Under the pieces are notes generated by a model, which was not told where the DNA came from, did not search any database, and worked only from the letters and a program-made list of their open reading frames with translations. Positions 52,996 through 64,000 of a stretch of DNA of 64,000 bases are shown here, one piece after another. Position 1 is the first letter of the stretch; each line of letters begins with the position of its first letter. Origin of the DNA: Hemiscyllium ocellatum (lineage: Eukaryota); assembly GCF_020745735.1 (NCBI RefSeq), contig NC_083433.1:1437363-1501362 (forward strand), written 5' to 3'. The position numbers and the translations under genes were made by a program.

Positions 52996-53422
52996 CTCCC
53001 CCCGGTTCCGGCCTGTGGGGGGCCCCGCGGGGCTGGGCTGGGCTGGAGCGGGGTTTTGGGGCCGAGCGGCCGCGCACTTCCCGCCTGATTCCGATCTTTC
53101 CCGAACATTCCCGAGCGCGCTCCCGCGTGTGCCGGAGTGGGGCGCGCGGGGACGTGGACGTGGACGGGGAGAGTGTGTGTGTCGCGCGCGGCCGATCCGG
53201 GTGTTTTTTTTTTAAAGATTGTTTTCCGCTCCCGGTGCAAAGCCTTTCCCCGGGTTTGGCGGCGGCGGCGGCGGAGAGCCTGAGCGCGGGCCTCGGGCAC
53301 GGTCTCGGAGCCGGAGCCGCCTGTGTCCCGGACTCGGAGTAGACGGTTCCCCTGGCTCCGAGCTCCCTGCCTCCCCGCCCGCTCCCTGCCCGCGCTCTGC
53401 TCCCCCTCACCCGGACCGCACC
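52996..53422 (+). promoter_or_regulatory. CpG-island promoter and 5'UTR of the last gene
   Basis: Dense CpG, TTCCCGCC E2F-like site ~53079, (GGC)n run, Kozak GCACCATGG. Confidence 0.7.
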
Positions 53423-53620
53423 ATGGCGGCGGAGGCGGGGGCTACCAGCGGCTTCGGTCCAGGACCCGCTCCCGGACCCGGCCCCGGCGCCGAGCGGATG
53501 CTCCGGGGGCTGAAGCGGGACGAGTCCGGAGACCCGGCGGCGGCTGAGGCCAAGAGGCAGCGGCTGGAACCGAACCTGAACCCGGGGGAGAACGGGATGA
53601 GCAGCGAGGCCGCGGCTCAG
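53423..53620 (+). CDS. First coding exon of an unidentified, probably nuclear, protein (66 aa); gene continues beyond the window
   Basis: Strong Kozak ATG and CAG|GTAAG donor. MAAEAGATSGFGPGPAPGPGPGAERMLRGLKRDESGDPAAAEAKRQRLEPNLNPGENGMSSEAAAQ contains a KR-x11-KRQR bipartite NLS. Confidence 0.8.
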
Positions 53621-53649
53621 GTAAGGACCCGGGGGGGGGCACATAACTC

Positions 53650-55025
53650 AGACACCCCTCCCACCCCCCCAAATACTCACTCCCCTCCACATCACCCCGT
53701 CCCCCCCACACAAACCCCCATTCCACCCCCACACCCCCCATTCCCTCACCACCCGCCCGTCCCCCCCCACCCCCTGTTCCACCCCACACTCCCCACACCC
53801 CACCCACACCCCTCCCACCCCACCCACACCCCTCCCACACCCCTCCCACCCCACATCACCCCCTGCCCCCCCCACACACCCCTGTTCCCCCCCCCACACC
53901 CCTGTTCCCCCCATCCCTCCATCTCCCCCACACCCTCGTCCCCAAACTCCCTCCACACCCCTCCGTCCCCCCCCACCCCCCCGTTTCCCCCCACCCCCCA
54001 CACCCGCCCGTTCCCCCCGTTTCCCCCACCCCCCCGTTTCCCCCCCCCCCACCCCCCCGTTTCCCCCACCCCCCCCCGTTTCCCCCACCCCCCCCCGTTT
54101 CCCCCACCCCCCCCCGTTTCCCCCACCCCCCGTTTCCCCCCCCCCCGTTTCCCCCACCCCCCCGTTTCCCCCACCCCCGTTCACCCCCCTTTCCCCCGTT
54201 CCCCCCACACACACCCCCGTTCCCCCCACCCCTGTTCACCCCATCCCCCGTTCCCCCCTTTCCCCCGTTCCCCCCCCACACACCCCCGTTTCCCCCACCC
54301 CCGTGTCTCCCACACCCCTCCCCGTCCCCCACAACCCCCCCCCCCGTACCCCACAACCCCCCCACCCCCCGTACCCCACAACCCCCCCTCCCCGTACCCC
54401 ACAACCCCCTGTCCCCATTCTGCCTTGTCCCACGCACACCCCATTCCCTGCACGCACCCCTGTTCTCCCGTCCCTCACACACCCCCGTTCCCCACTCTGT
54501 CTTGTTTCCCATTCCCCCCGCTTGTCTCCCACACCCCCAATCCTCCCCCTCCCCACTCGTACACGCAATCCCTACACCCCACCGACAGGCCACGATACCG
54601 ACGCCCCATGTCACCCCATTCCCCCCGCCCCCACATCGCCCTGTTTCCTCCTCAATTTCCCTTCCCCACCACATTGCCCCCATCTACCCCCACATATTCT
54701 CCAGTTCCCCCAACATCTCCTCCACATTCCCCCCTTGCCCGCCACATCCCTGTTCCCCCAACATCCCCCTCACATCCTCTCATTCCCCCCGTTCCCATAT
54801 CCCCCCTCACCATATCTCCTCCGAATCCCTCCCATACCCCCTGTTCCTCCTCGCATCTCCCCATCTTCCCCCACATCCTTCCATCTCCCCCTCCCCACGA
54901 ACCCCAAGTATGCCCAAGTCCCCTCCAACATCCCCCCCCGTTCTCCCCCCTTGCATCCCATCTCCCCTCAACCCCCCCCCCCCCCCCCGTCCCCCATCAA
55001 CCCCCCCCACGTCCCCCATCTCACA
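53650..55025. repeat. Extreme C-rich low-complexity tract at the start of intron 1
   Basis: About 1.4 kb with ccccccgtttcccccacc-like units. Confidence 0.95.
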
Positions 55026-56221
55026 CCATCTCACTCAGCTGGGACCATTTCAAATATTGTGGAGAGTCTCCCCTATAGGAGTTCAATTTTCTTATAATAC
55101 TATGTTAGACTAGCTATTACTATTTCAAAATGTATTGTTCAATAGGCAGGTTATTTGAATAAAATGGTCCAAGTGATGCTGCATGTGAATAAATATAGTC
55201 CTGTTTTACTGAGATAACACCTCCATTCTAGGGAGAGGACATTTCTTCAGATTTCAGGGAGATCTTGGCTCCGTTATTTGAAACTCTGCTCATTGGCTTA
55301 TTAAATCCAAGGGAGTTCACGGTTTTTTATTGCAAACCCATAGGTTTAGTGAAAATGGATTTAACAAAACAAGTTGCATTTACAGTATATAGGAACTTTT
55401 AATGTGGAAAACTTCCAAGGTGCCAAGACTTATGAGGTATAAATTGAAACCCAACCAAAGGTTCAGATATTGGAATGATTCACTAACTTGTCATGAAGGA
55501 GTGGAGAGGGAATGACTTTTGTATGCAGTGAATATTAGACCTTATGGTCTGCATGGTTTCAGGAATTTTTACCAATGGTTTTCCTAAGATAGTTTGGGAT
55601 GTTTTTAAAAGAAAAGTTATTGGAACAAAAGTTTTTGGAGTAATGGATGAAGTTACTTGGTGGAAGGAGGTGAAAACTTGGTTTCGATGTCCTTGGAGCC
55701 AATCAATAAGCACAAAGGTGGTGGATCAATTAGATTTAGCACGTTAAGGATAAAGGCACCAGAGTTTGGATGATCTTAAGTTTATGGAGGCTGAGGTATA
55801 AGAGGTCATTTTAAGATAGCATAGATTGGAAACATTAGTGTAAATATTGAAGGGTGCAGGTGAGTGATAATATGGGGGGGTGGGGGGGGAGAAAAGACAA
55901 GAAAGACATTTGCAAATTATCGCTATACCGTAATATAAATTGAAAATTATCATCTTTTGTTTAACTGAGCAATTCCAATTAAATCATAATTCAATTAGCA
56001 ATGAAGCAGTTTGAATCTGAATCCAAAACTCTTTGGTGATTGTATTTAAGGATATTGGGTAGACCAATTAGGACTCCAGTGAGGAGAAATTTCTTCACCC
56101 TGAGAGTGTCGAGTGTGAAATTTCTGCCGCAGAAAGCTATTAAGGCCAAAACGTAAAACATTTTCAAGAAGTCGATAAGGCCATAAGATATAGCAGCAGA
56201 ATTAAGTAATTATATCCATAA

Positions 56222-57090
56222 AACCATAAGATATAGGAGTGGAAGTAAGGCCATTCGGCCCATCGAGTCCACTCCGCCATTCAATCATGGCTGATGGACA
56301 TTTCAACTCCACTTACCAGCGTTCTCCCCGTAGCCCTTAATTCCTCGAGACAAAAGAATCTATCAATCTTGGCCTTGAAGACATTTAGCGTCCCGGCCTC
56401 CACTGCACTCTGCGGCAATGAATTCCACAGGCCCTCCACTCTCTGGCTGAAGAAATGTCTCCGCATTTCTGTTCTGAATTGACCCCCTCTAATTCTAAGG
56501 CTGTGTCCACGGGTCCTAGTCTCAATCAAGTCTGATCCGCACTTGATTCAACCCCATTCTCCTGCCTTCTCCCTGTACTCCTAAGGTTCTCACTTAGTAA
56601 GGGGACCATCTGTCTCTGTGTAGAAAGACTAAATGACTTGGCTTCCATGGCCTTCTGTGCCAATGAGTTCCACATATTAACCATCCTCTGGCTGAAGAAA
56701 TTCCTCCTCAGCCCGGTTCTAAAGAATGGTTCTTTCACTCTGAGGCTATGTGCTCGGGTCCTAGTTTCTGGTGCTAGAAGAAACATCTTCTCCACAGCTA
56801 TTCTATCTAGGCCTCTTTGTGTTCTGTAAGTTTGAATGAGATTCCCCTGTCATCTTTCTAAACTTTGAGAACAGACCCAAAGCCCTCAATCACACCTCAT
56901 TTAATAAGATCTTCAGCCTGAAGCCATTCTTGTAGTCCTCCCCTGTACCCTCGCAATGCCATCCTTTCTTGGATAATGGGACCCAGAATTGCTCTGAATA
57001 TTCCAAATATGGACTGACCAGAGTTTTATACACCCTCAGTAATACAGCTCTGCTTTTGTATTCTAGCCCTCTTGAAATGAATGCTAATGT
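56222..57090 (-). mobile_element. Two nested CR1-type LINE 3' fragments
   Basis: TRTRGHSLRIRGGQFRTEMRRHFFSQRVEGLWNSLP and RTGLRRNFFSQRMVNMWNSL. Confidence 0.9.
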
Positions 57091-58989
57091 TGGAAGATTG
57101 AGTTAAATCATAGGTATGAGTAAAAGCTGGAACAAGGGATTGGTTAGCTCAGTTGGCTTGTAATGCAGACTAATGCCAGTAGGATGTGTTCCGTTCCTAA
57201 TTGCCTGAGGTGAATATGAAGGACCCTCATTCTCAATCTCTTCCCTTGACTGAGGAGTGGTGACCTTCAGGTTTAATCACCAATTATCTCCCATAACAGA
57301 AGAGCAGTTCTGTAGTCCAGGAAGACTATGGCAACTTAAATTTTTTACTGAATGGCAGAGCAGTGTTAACAGGTTTCATTTTCCTCCTCCTCCCAATTTC
57401 TTTGTCTATGTTGAAAGTATGGACACTTTATTCAGCCAAGAGCATTCAGCTCCCCCGATAACCACTGACTATCAATACTCTGCCTTCAGAGTATTCATTG
57501 ACCCTGCTTCCACGACTCGCTGGGGCAGAGTTCCAAAGGTTTACTATGCTCTGAGGACAAATAATTCACTTTCTATTCGGGGAGTCCCTTTTGAAAATTG
57601 TTCTCCACTAATAAGTGCTCTCATAAGGAAAAGCATCATTCAGCAGCCACCCTGGCATATCCTCTCAGGTTTTTTATTTAATATCTCAATAGGTTATTCT
57701 AAACTCTGGTGTGACTTTCAAACATTGACCATTTGTTTTAAACTTCAAAAAGCTCTTGATGTGTTCACTATTTTGTAATGACTTATTGAAAGATACTTTT
57801 AAGGATTGTTAGGTTTCTTTAAATAAATTAGCAGTTTAACTGAGGTAACAATAAACAAATAACCAACAACCAGGTTGACCAACGTGAGGAGAGTGAAGAG
57901 CTACATGCAGTGATCTGAGGAATGTCAACTCTTGTTTTAAAAGCATCTTCCATTTCATCCATGAAAGGAAATGAGGTTAAAAATAAGAGCACATTTTTTG
58001 ATCTGTTGTTGTTGAAGAGAATTGTACTACGTGTGTAAGACTTCCAAATCGCGAGCTGTGTAGATAGCTGAGTGTATTTTATGACCGTCTCCCTCAGATG
58101 GAAAGAAAAATTTGTATTCACTAGAACAGATGAATAATTTGAATTGTATTTGGTGTACAATACTTATAAATTGTGAATTAAATTGTATACAATTGTTGCG
58201 AATTGGTATACATGCCGATTGTAATAGCAGTGTGCAAATAGGTAAGTGAATAATGAGAATTGACAAAGAAACTAAAACAAATTGCATGATATACACACAG
58301 CTCCTAACAAAATGCACATGGCAAAAATATTAATAGTAAGCTGCAAGATAAGGCTTTAATTTATATGTTCCTGTCTTGAGTTTCTGAATCTGATGTAAAT
58401 CCTGAAGCGTCCTGACCTGAAAAGTTGACTTTCCTGCTCCTCCGATGCTGCCTGGCCTGCTGTGCCTTTCCAGTTCCACTTTTTGTCAACTCTAATGTAA
58501 AGCATGTTAGGTACAGTGTGCACTTCTATTTGTGGTGGCTAATGTACAGATATTTGTGTGCAAGACCTCAAACATCAGAGGAAAATAGCCAATCAACCTC
58601 TTTTGAATCAGATTGGTTGGTTGAGAGGAGAATATTTATTAAGGTTTTGGGGAATCCTCTTGGTCTTATAAGACCATGTGCTCTTCAATGTCGAGCCATC
58701 GATTTAACAAAATACGGCCTTGGTTTAATGTGTGAGTAAACTATAGCGTATCTGATACAGGCTCCCTGTTGATTGATATTTATTCGGTAAAGATATTGAG
58801 GGAACCAAGGCAAATAAACTAATTAACAGTGATTGTCTTGAATGGTGGAACAGGCATGAGGGGCTGAATGGCTAACTCCTCTTCCCATTTGTTCTATTCT
58901 ACACTGTTAATATAGGTGGTGTGATAACTCCTGGAATAAAAGTTTGTGTTGACCCTCTGACTTTAATGTGCAACCATCTATGAGAATAT

Positions 58990-59900
58990 AGGAGGCATGG
59001 TTAGTGAGCTTACAGATGACACCAAAATTAATACTATAGTGGACAGTGAACAAAGTTACCTAAGAGTGCACTGGGATCTTGATCAATTGGGCCAGTGAGT
59101 CAAGGAATGTCAGGTGGATTTTAATTTAGATTTTAAAAATTGCAACATCTTATTTAAGACAAACTCGGGTAGAACTTACACAGTAAATGGTAGGGCCCTG
59201 GGGAGTTTTATGACACAGCCCTGGGGGTGCAGATATATAGTTCCTTGAAAGTGGTGTCACAGGTAGACAGGGTGGTGAAGAAGGTGTTTGGCATGCTTTC
59301 CTTCATCAATCAGATCATTTAGTATTGGAGTTGTGACATTATGTTACAGCTGTACAAGACATTGGTAAGACCACACTTGCAGTATTGTGTAAAATTCTGG
59401 ATGTCCTGTTATAGGAAGGATGTTGTTATACTGCTAAGGCTGCAAAAAAGATTTGCAAGGATGTTCCTGAAACTGCAAGGTTTGAGTTATAAGGAGAAAC
59501 TGGGAAAGGGTGGGACTTTTTTTTCCCCCTGAAGGGTAGGAGGCTGAGGAGTGAGTGACCTCATAGAGACTTATAAAATCACAAGGACATAGAAAGCTGA
59601 ATAGCCAAGATTTTTTCTCCCCAGACTAGGGAGTTAAAAACTAGAGTGCATAGGTTTAAGATGAGAGGGAAGAGATTTTAAAATGGCTCTGAGGAGCAAC
59701 TTTTTCGACACAGTGGTGCGTAAATGAAATGACCTGCAAAGGAAGTGATAGAAGTGAATATAATTACAACATTTAAAAGGCATTTGGACAAGTATATTTG
59801 GGGGATATGGGCCAAATACAGGCAAATAGGACTAGTTCAGTTTAGGAAACCTGGTCCGCAAGGACACGTTGGGCTGAAGAGGCTGTTTCCATGCTTTATG
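58990..59900 (+). mobile_element. CR1-type LINE 3' part
   Basis: MLQLYKTLVRPHLQYCVKFW...SYKEKL and TTFKRHLDKY. Confidence 0.9.
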
Positions 59901-62674
59901 TCTCTGTCTCTATCCAAATCAAACTGACAGTGTCAACAAGGGCATTTAATAGAAACAGGATATAGGAGTAGGAGTAGGCCACTAGGCCTTTCAAGCCTGC
60001 TGTGCCAATTGATATGATCATGGCTATCCATTATCCTTACTCTGTGACCCAGTCATCAAAAACATCCTTCCTGTACCTTCTTGAAGAAAGTTCTTAGCTT
60101 ATCACTTTAAACCGTGCCTAACCACAAGTGCTTCAATCCAGTTCAAAATACTCCAGGCAGACCAAGTTGTAAAGATAGGCTTATGTACAACAACAGCTTG
60201 CATTTATAAGGTACCTTTTAATGTACAAAAATATTCTCAGAAATGTAATCAGACAAACATTGTCACTAAGTCAAAGGAAGTATTAAGAGGGCTGCCATAA
60301 TCTGCATTAAAATAGTTGCCTTTTAAAGAAAGGGTGAGGTGGGAAGTTTTGGGATGGAATTCCAGAGTTTAGAAGGTTGATGGCTGAAGACACAACTGAC
60401 TGAAATCCTAAGGCTGTTGGTTCCATAATTTTCACTTGGCAGCAGATAGCTAGAAAGTATTTTTGATATTACGTAATCTTAAGTAAATTATTGGTACACA
60501 TGTTCAAGGAAAATTTTCAATTAAATAAACCACTTGACGATTCTAATCTCCAGTAAGCACCATATATCTGCAAATTAAAACGACAGGTTGCATCATAGTG
60601 AGGAATTAAAATTGTTGTAGCAGTGAAAGGGAGAAGCTGGAGGTAAAATGACTGAATTCTATCCTATTTATGAGCATGTCAGAAATCACTTGACAACTAA
60701 ACAGATAACTGGATAAAGAAATTTCCAAGTTGTTAGGCAACATGGTTGGCATAATCTAGTTGGAGCAAAAGCTCTGTTTCCATGTTGTGAGACTGTGTAA
60801 TGGAAACTAAAATGTTACATTACCTTGTTCATTGTATACCAGAGGCAGCTGGCAAGCACTCGTGAAAAGATGTATGTTGAAGCACTCTGAGCACTTGACA
60901 CTATATTTTGAGGAGTTATATTTTTATTGTCACTGGGCTATTGTAAATTCTAGGCTATGGTGCTGTAACCAGTACGACAAGTGGCATATTTATTTATATC
61001 TTCTGTTGAATTAAGGGCGTTCACTCCCTCTAATACTCACCACTCCTCAATCAACATGTCGGAAGCCCTTAGAACTCTGAATGAGTGTGCACAAACTACC
61101 ACAATTGCACTTCAGACACTAGTCTTTGTGAACAACAGCACTGGAGTTCAGCTGATATATGTGCCATGTGGCATATATTAAATTGTAATATGTTAGTATT
61201 CCAAATACTGAAAAAGTACAATTACAGATTCAAGATTTATGGTGAAGCAAAGGCACGTATGTCAGGAAGTAGTTACATAATGTCGGAAAGCTGGTTACTG
61301 ATCTGATTTGCACAATCCCAGCTAAAGCAGCTTTGTCCATTCTAAACTCGATAAGCAGCCATGAAACAAGCTTTATCTACTATGATCTTGAGTGGATTAA
61401 ACCAGGGAGTGTTGTGATGCAAATCTCAGCCAATTTATGAGGTACATTAAAAGGCAGACATCCCCATAGCAAATGGGGAAACTGCCAAGTTACTGAGCAG
61501 GTTTCTATAATAAAATCACGGGAAATAATTACTGTTGCTTCAGTTTTGGTTTTCTGAGCAAGACAGTTAACCTTTCCTTGTAACAGACTACGTGCCTGTT
61601 AGCTGAGGCTGTATAAAATTATGTAAATAGCATGCTGGCTTCATGACCACTCAAATACTAATCCTGGAACTACCCAAAGTTTTCATTACTGCCACCAAAT
61701 AATACTTTATTGTATTTTCAAGAACTTTGTGGAAGAGTGGGGGTTAGATATCTCTTACATAGACCATCAACAACTTATTTCCTGTGGCCAGATTACCCTC
61801 AACTGGGTCTTAAAATAACATTGTTGAGATCATTTAACAAAAACACTATCTGCCCACAGCAAATTGGATTTTCACTAGAATTCAATAAGGTAAGTTGGAA
61901 ACACAATAGCCTTCGGGAGAACAAGGGCAGCGGTGAAGGTGGCACTGGACTTGCAAAACCGCATTGTTTTTTTTCATTTAACCTATTTTTCTAATCAGCC
62001 TGTTCAGAGATGTGGTTACACACCTCCAGCGCAGGTAGGACTGGAGCGTGGGTTTTTCAGTCCAGTGATAGTGATACGACCACTGCATTGTTAATTACGT
62101 GCCTGAATATTTGGATGTGAATTTAATAATCAAATCATTAATGATAACATGTTGGAAGGAAGAATATGACTCAGTTAATAAGCTTTAAGATTATTTAACA
62201 TATACTTTATAAGTAAAGCCAAAGAAAGGACCACTTTCCAGTCAGTGTAGCACATCCCTCCAGTATTCTTGACTCTTCCATTGTAGATTCAATACGTTTG
62301 AACATTGTCATGGTTTTCATCCTCACCCCTTGCAAAGAACATCTCCCAAAATTTACTTTACATCAAATTAACTCTTGCTAGCCTGAGTGCAACAGCCATG
62401 GTAGCTCTGTGTTCTCAGCTGCACGCTTTCCAGGGTTCTCACTGGATAATGATTAGTACTGGTAATTGAATTTTATGCCCAACTGCCAATCTACAGAGAC
62501 CAGATGATTTAACTTCAAATCTCTGGTCTGTGTAGTTTGTTAAAAGGAGTATTATAAGGCAAAGTGTGATGCCAAGCTGTAAAAGAGACATTAAGTGAAA
62601 TGATTAAAGCCGCTATAAGGGGTGGACTTTAAAGACGTCTTAAAGGACTTTTAAAGTCAGGTGGCTGACTGCGT

Positions 62675-62890
62675 GGGGCTGACTCTGCACATTCTCACCA
62701 TGTCTGCATGGAATTCCTTCCAAGTGCTCTGGTTTCCTCCCATAGTCCAGGGGTGTGCATGCTAGGTGAATTAGCTATGAGAAATGCAGGGTTACCAGGA
62801 TAGGATAAGGGGGTGGGTCTGGGAGGGTCAGTGTGGCCTCAGTGGGCTGAGTGGCCTACTTCTATTCTGTACGGATTCTGTGATTCTATT
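62675..62890 (+). mobile_element. HE1-like V-SINE remnant (head missing)
   Basis: tgcacattctcaccatgtctgcatgg...gtgctctggtttcctccc with tail. Confidence 0.75.
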
Positions 62891-64000
62891 AGTAAGGGTT
62901 ACGGGTTGTGATTGTAAACAGAAAACCTGGCTAATTTAAGAAAAAAAAATCCTTAAAGAAGCTGAAGGTTGTGCAGGCCAGTTGCCCATAATACCTGAAG
63001 CTTCCTGTAGATTTTTTTAAGCAAAGTTTATGCAAGAATGTCATGTAATAGCAAAGTGCCGCATAATGTGTTAACAATATTGAAACTCATAGAATTAAAC
63101 AGGCAGGGGCTGCGTGGATATAAAATTGACAAAGGAGTGAAAGACAGGGTGAGGGGAGAGACCATGTTTGTGAAAGTGGTTCTCCCAGGAAAAGACTAAC
63201 CCGTGTCACATTGGGTGTGCTGATGCTTGTGATATCCCCCCAAATGCAGGATATTCAGCCACAGAATTTATGCTGTTAAACAGTTACCTTCCAGAGTGCA
63301 ACAAAGTATGTCCAGAGTTAATGTTGGGATCACTTTTTATTTGTACAAGTACACTACCTCAAATCCAGTGATTTGAAAACCAGCTGTGATTGCAAACCTC
63401 ATTCTTTCTGAACTGGCCCTGTGAAAATTTTGAATGAGTGAAGGAAGTTACTTATTGTGTGTGTGTTTGGGGTGGAGAGGGCGTGCTGCTGTGTCAGTGT
63501 GGTGAATATTTATCTGCATTGACGAGAAAGCTACACTTTAGTGTATATTCTAAAGGAGTTGTTCTCTTCAATGTGTCCCCTGTTTATTGAATTGAACTTC
63601 TGATTTTTATTTTCCTTGCAGCAATGAAGCTGTGTCCCCCCCCAAATCCCCGGCCCTTCACTCCCTAGCAATATTTTAAATCCAGCTGAGCCTGCAACTC
63701 TGCCTCCCTTACCTTATGAGTGAAGACAACTGATTGTTTTACCAGATCTGGTTGAGATTGTTGACAATGATTAGGATTTCAATGAAGTCACTGATGTGAC
63801 TAAGAATGTTAAACTCGCTCAGGAAGACTTTGGAATCTGGTTAGCTAGACTACTTACCTGTGTATTGAAATTAGGATCAAGGCATATGTCTATTTTTGCG
63901 ACAGCTTTGAGCTTTATAGCTACTAAGGCCATCCAAATGGAAGTCTACAGGCTTGGCTTAACACCTTCAAATTTCGTGAAGTTGCCACCTATTCCAAGTC

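Noticed and set aside
52045-53342. VKLPDPG heptad-repeat protein ORFs
   Set aside because: Product of a 21-bp minisatellite with an internal frameshift; open on both strands; no splice support.
53219-55078. 619-aa ORF
   Set aside because: Only 53423-53620 looks coding. A consensus donor follows, and the rest is C-rich intronic low-complexity sequence.
63600-63680. Strong acceptor (ttttccttgcag) as exon 2 of the last gene
   Set aside because: The required phase 0 gives CAA TGA immediately; the other frames close within 20 codons.

Overview
Vertebrate genomic DNA, very likely a shark (elasmobranch HE1/V-SINEs, CR1-type LINEs, shark-type Penelope repeats). Genes in order: the last two coding exons of a PLEKHA4/5/6/7-family gene (+), complete DHDH (+, 7 exons, one GC-AG intron), complete RPS11 (-, 5 exons, 5'TOP promoter, possible decayed U35-like snoRNAs), complete ZBTB45 (-), complete THAP7 (+, head-to-head with ZBTB45 across a CpG island), and the first coding exon of an unidentified gene with a bipartite NLS (+). 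The most striking non-genic signal is a set of short, TSD-flanked palindromic elements carrying minimal type I hammerhead ribozyme motifs, typically one on each strand. They come from the terminal repeats of Penelope-like retroelements, two long decayed copies of which are also in the window. Three distinct hammerhead families are present, and one insertion appears to supply the stop codon of the PLEKHA gene. There are also many minisatellites, extreme G- or C-rich tracts in first introns, and a 152-N assembly gap. Gene names come from recalled protein similarity and exon structure, not from database searches.
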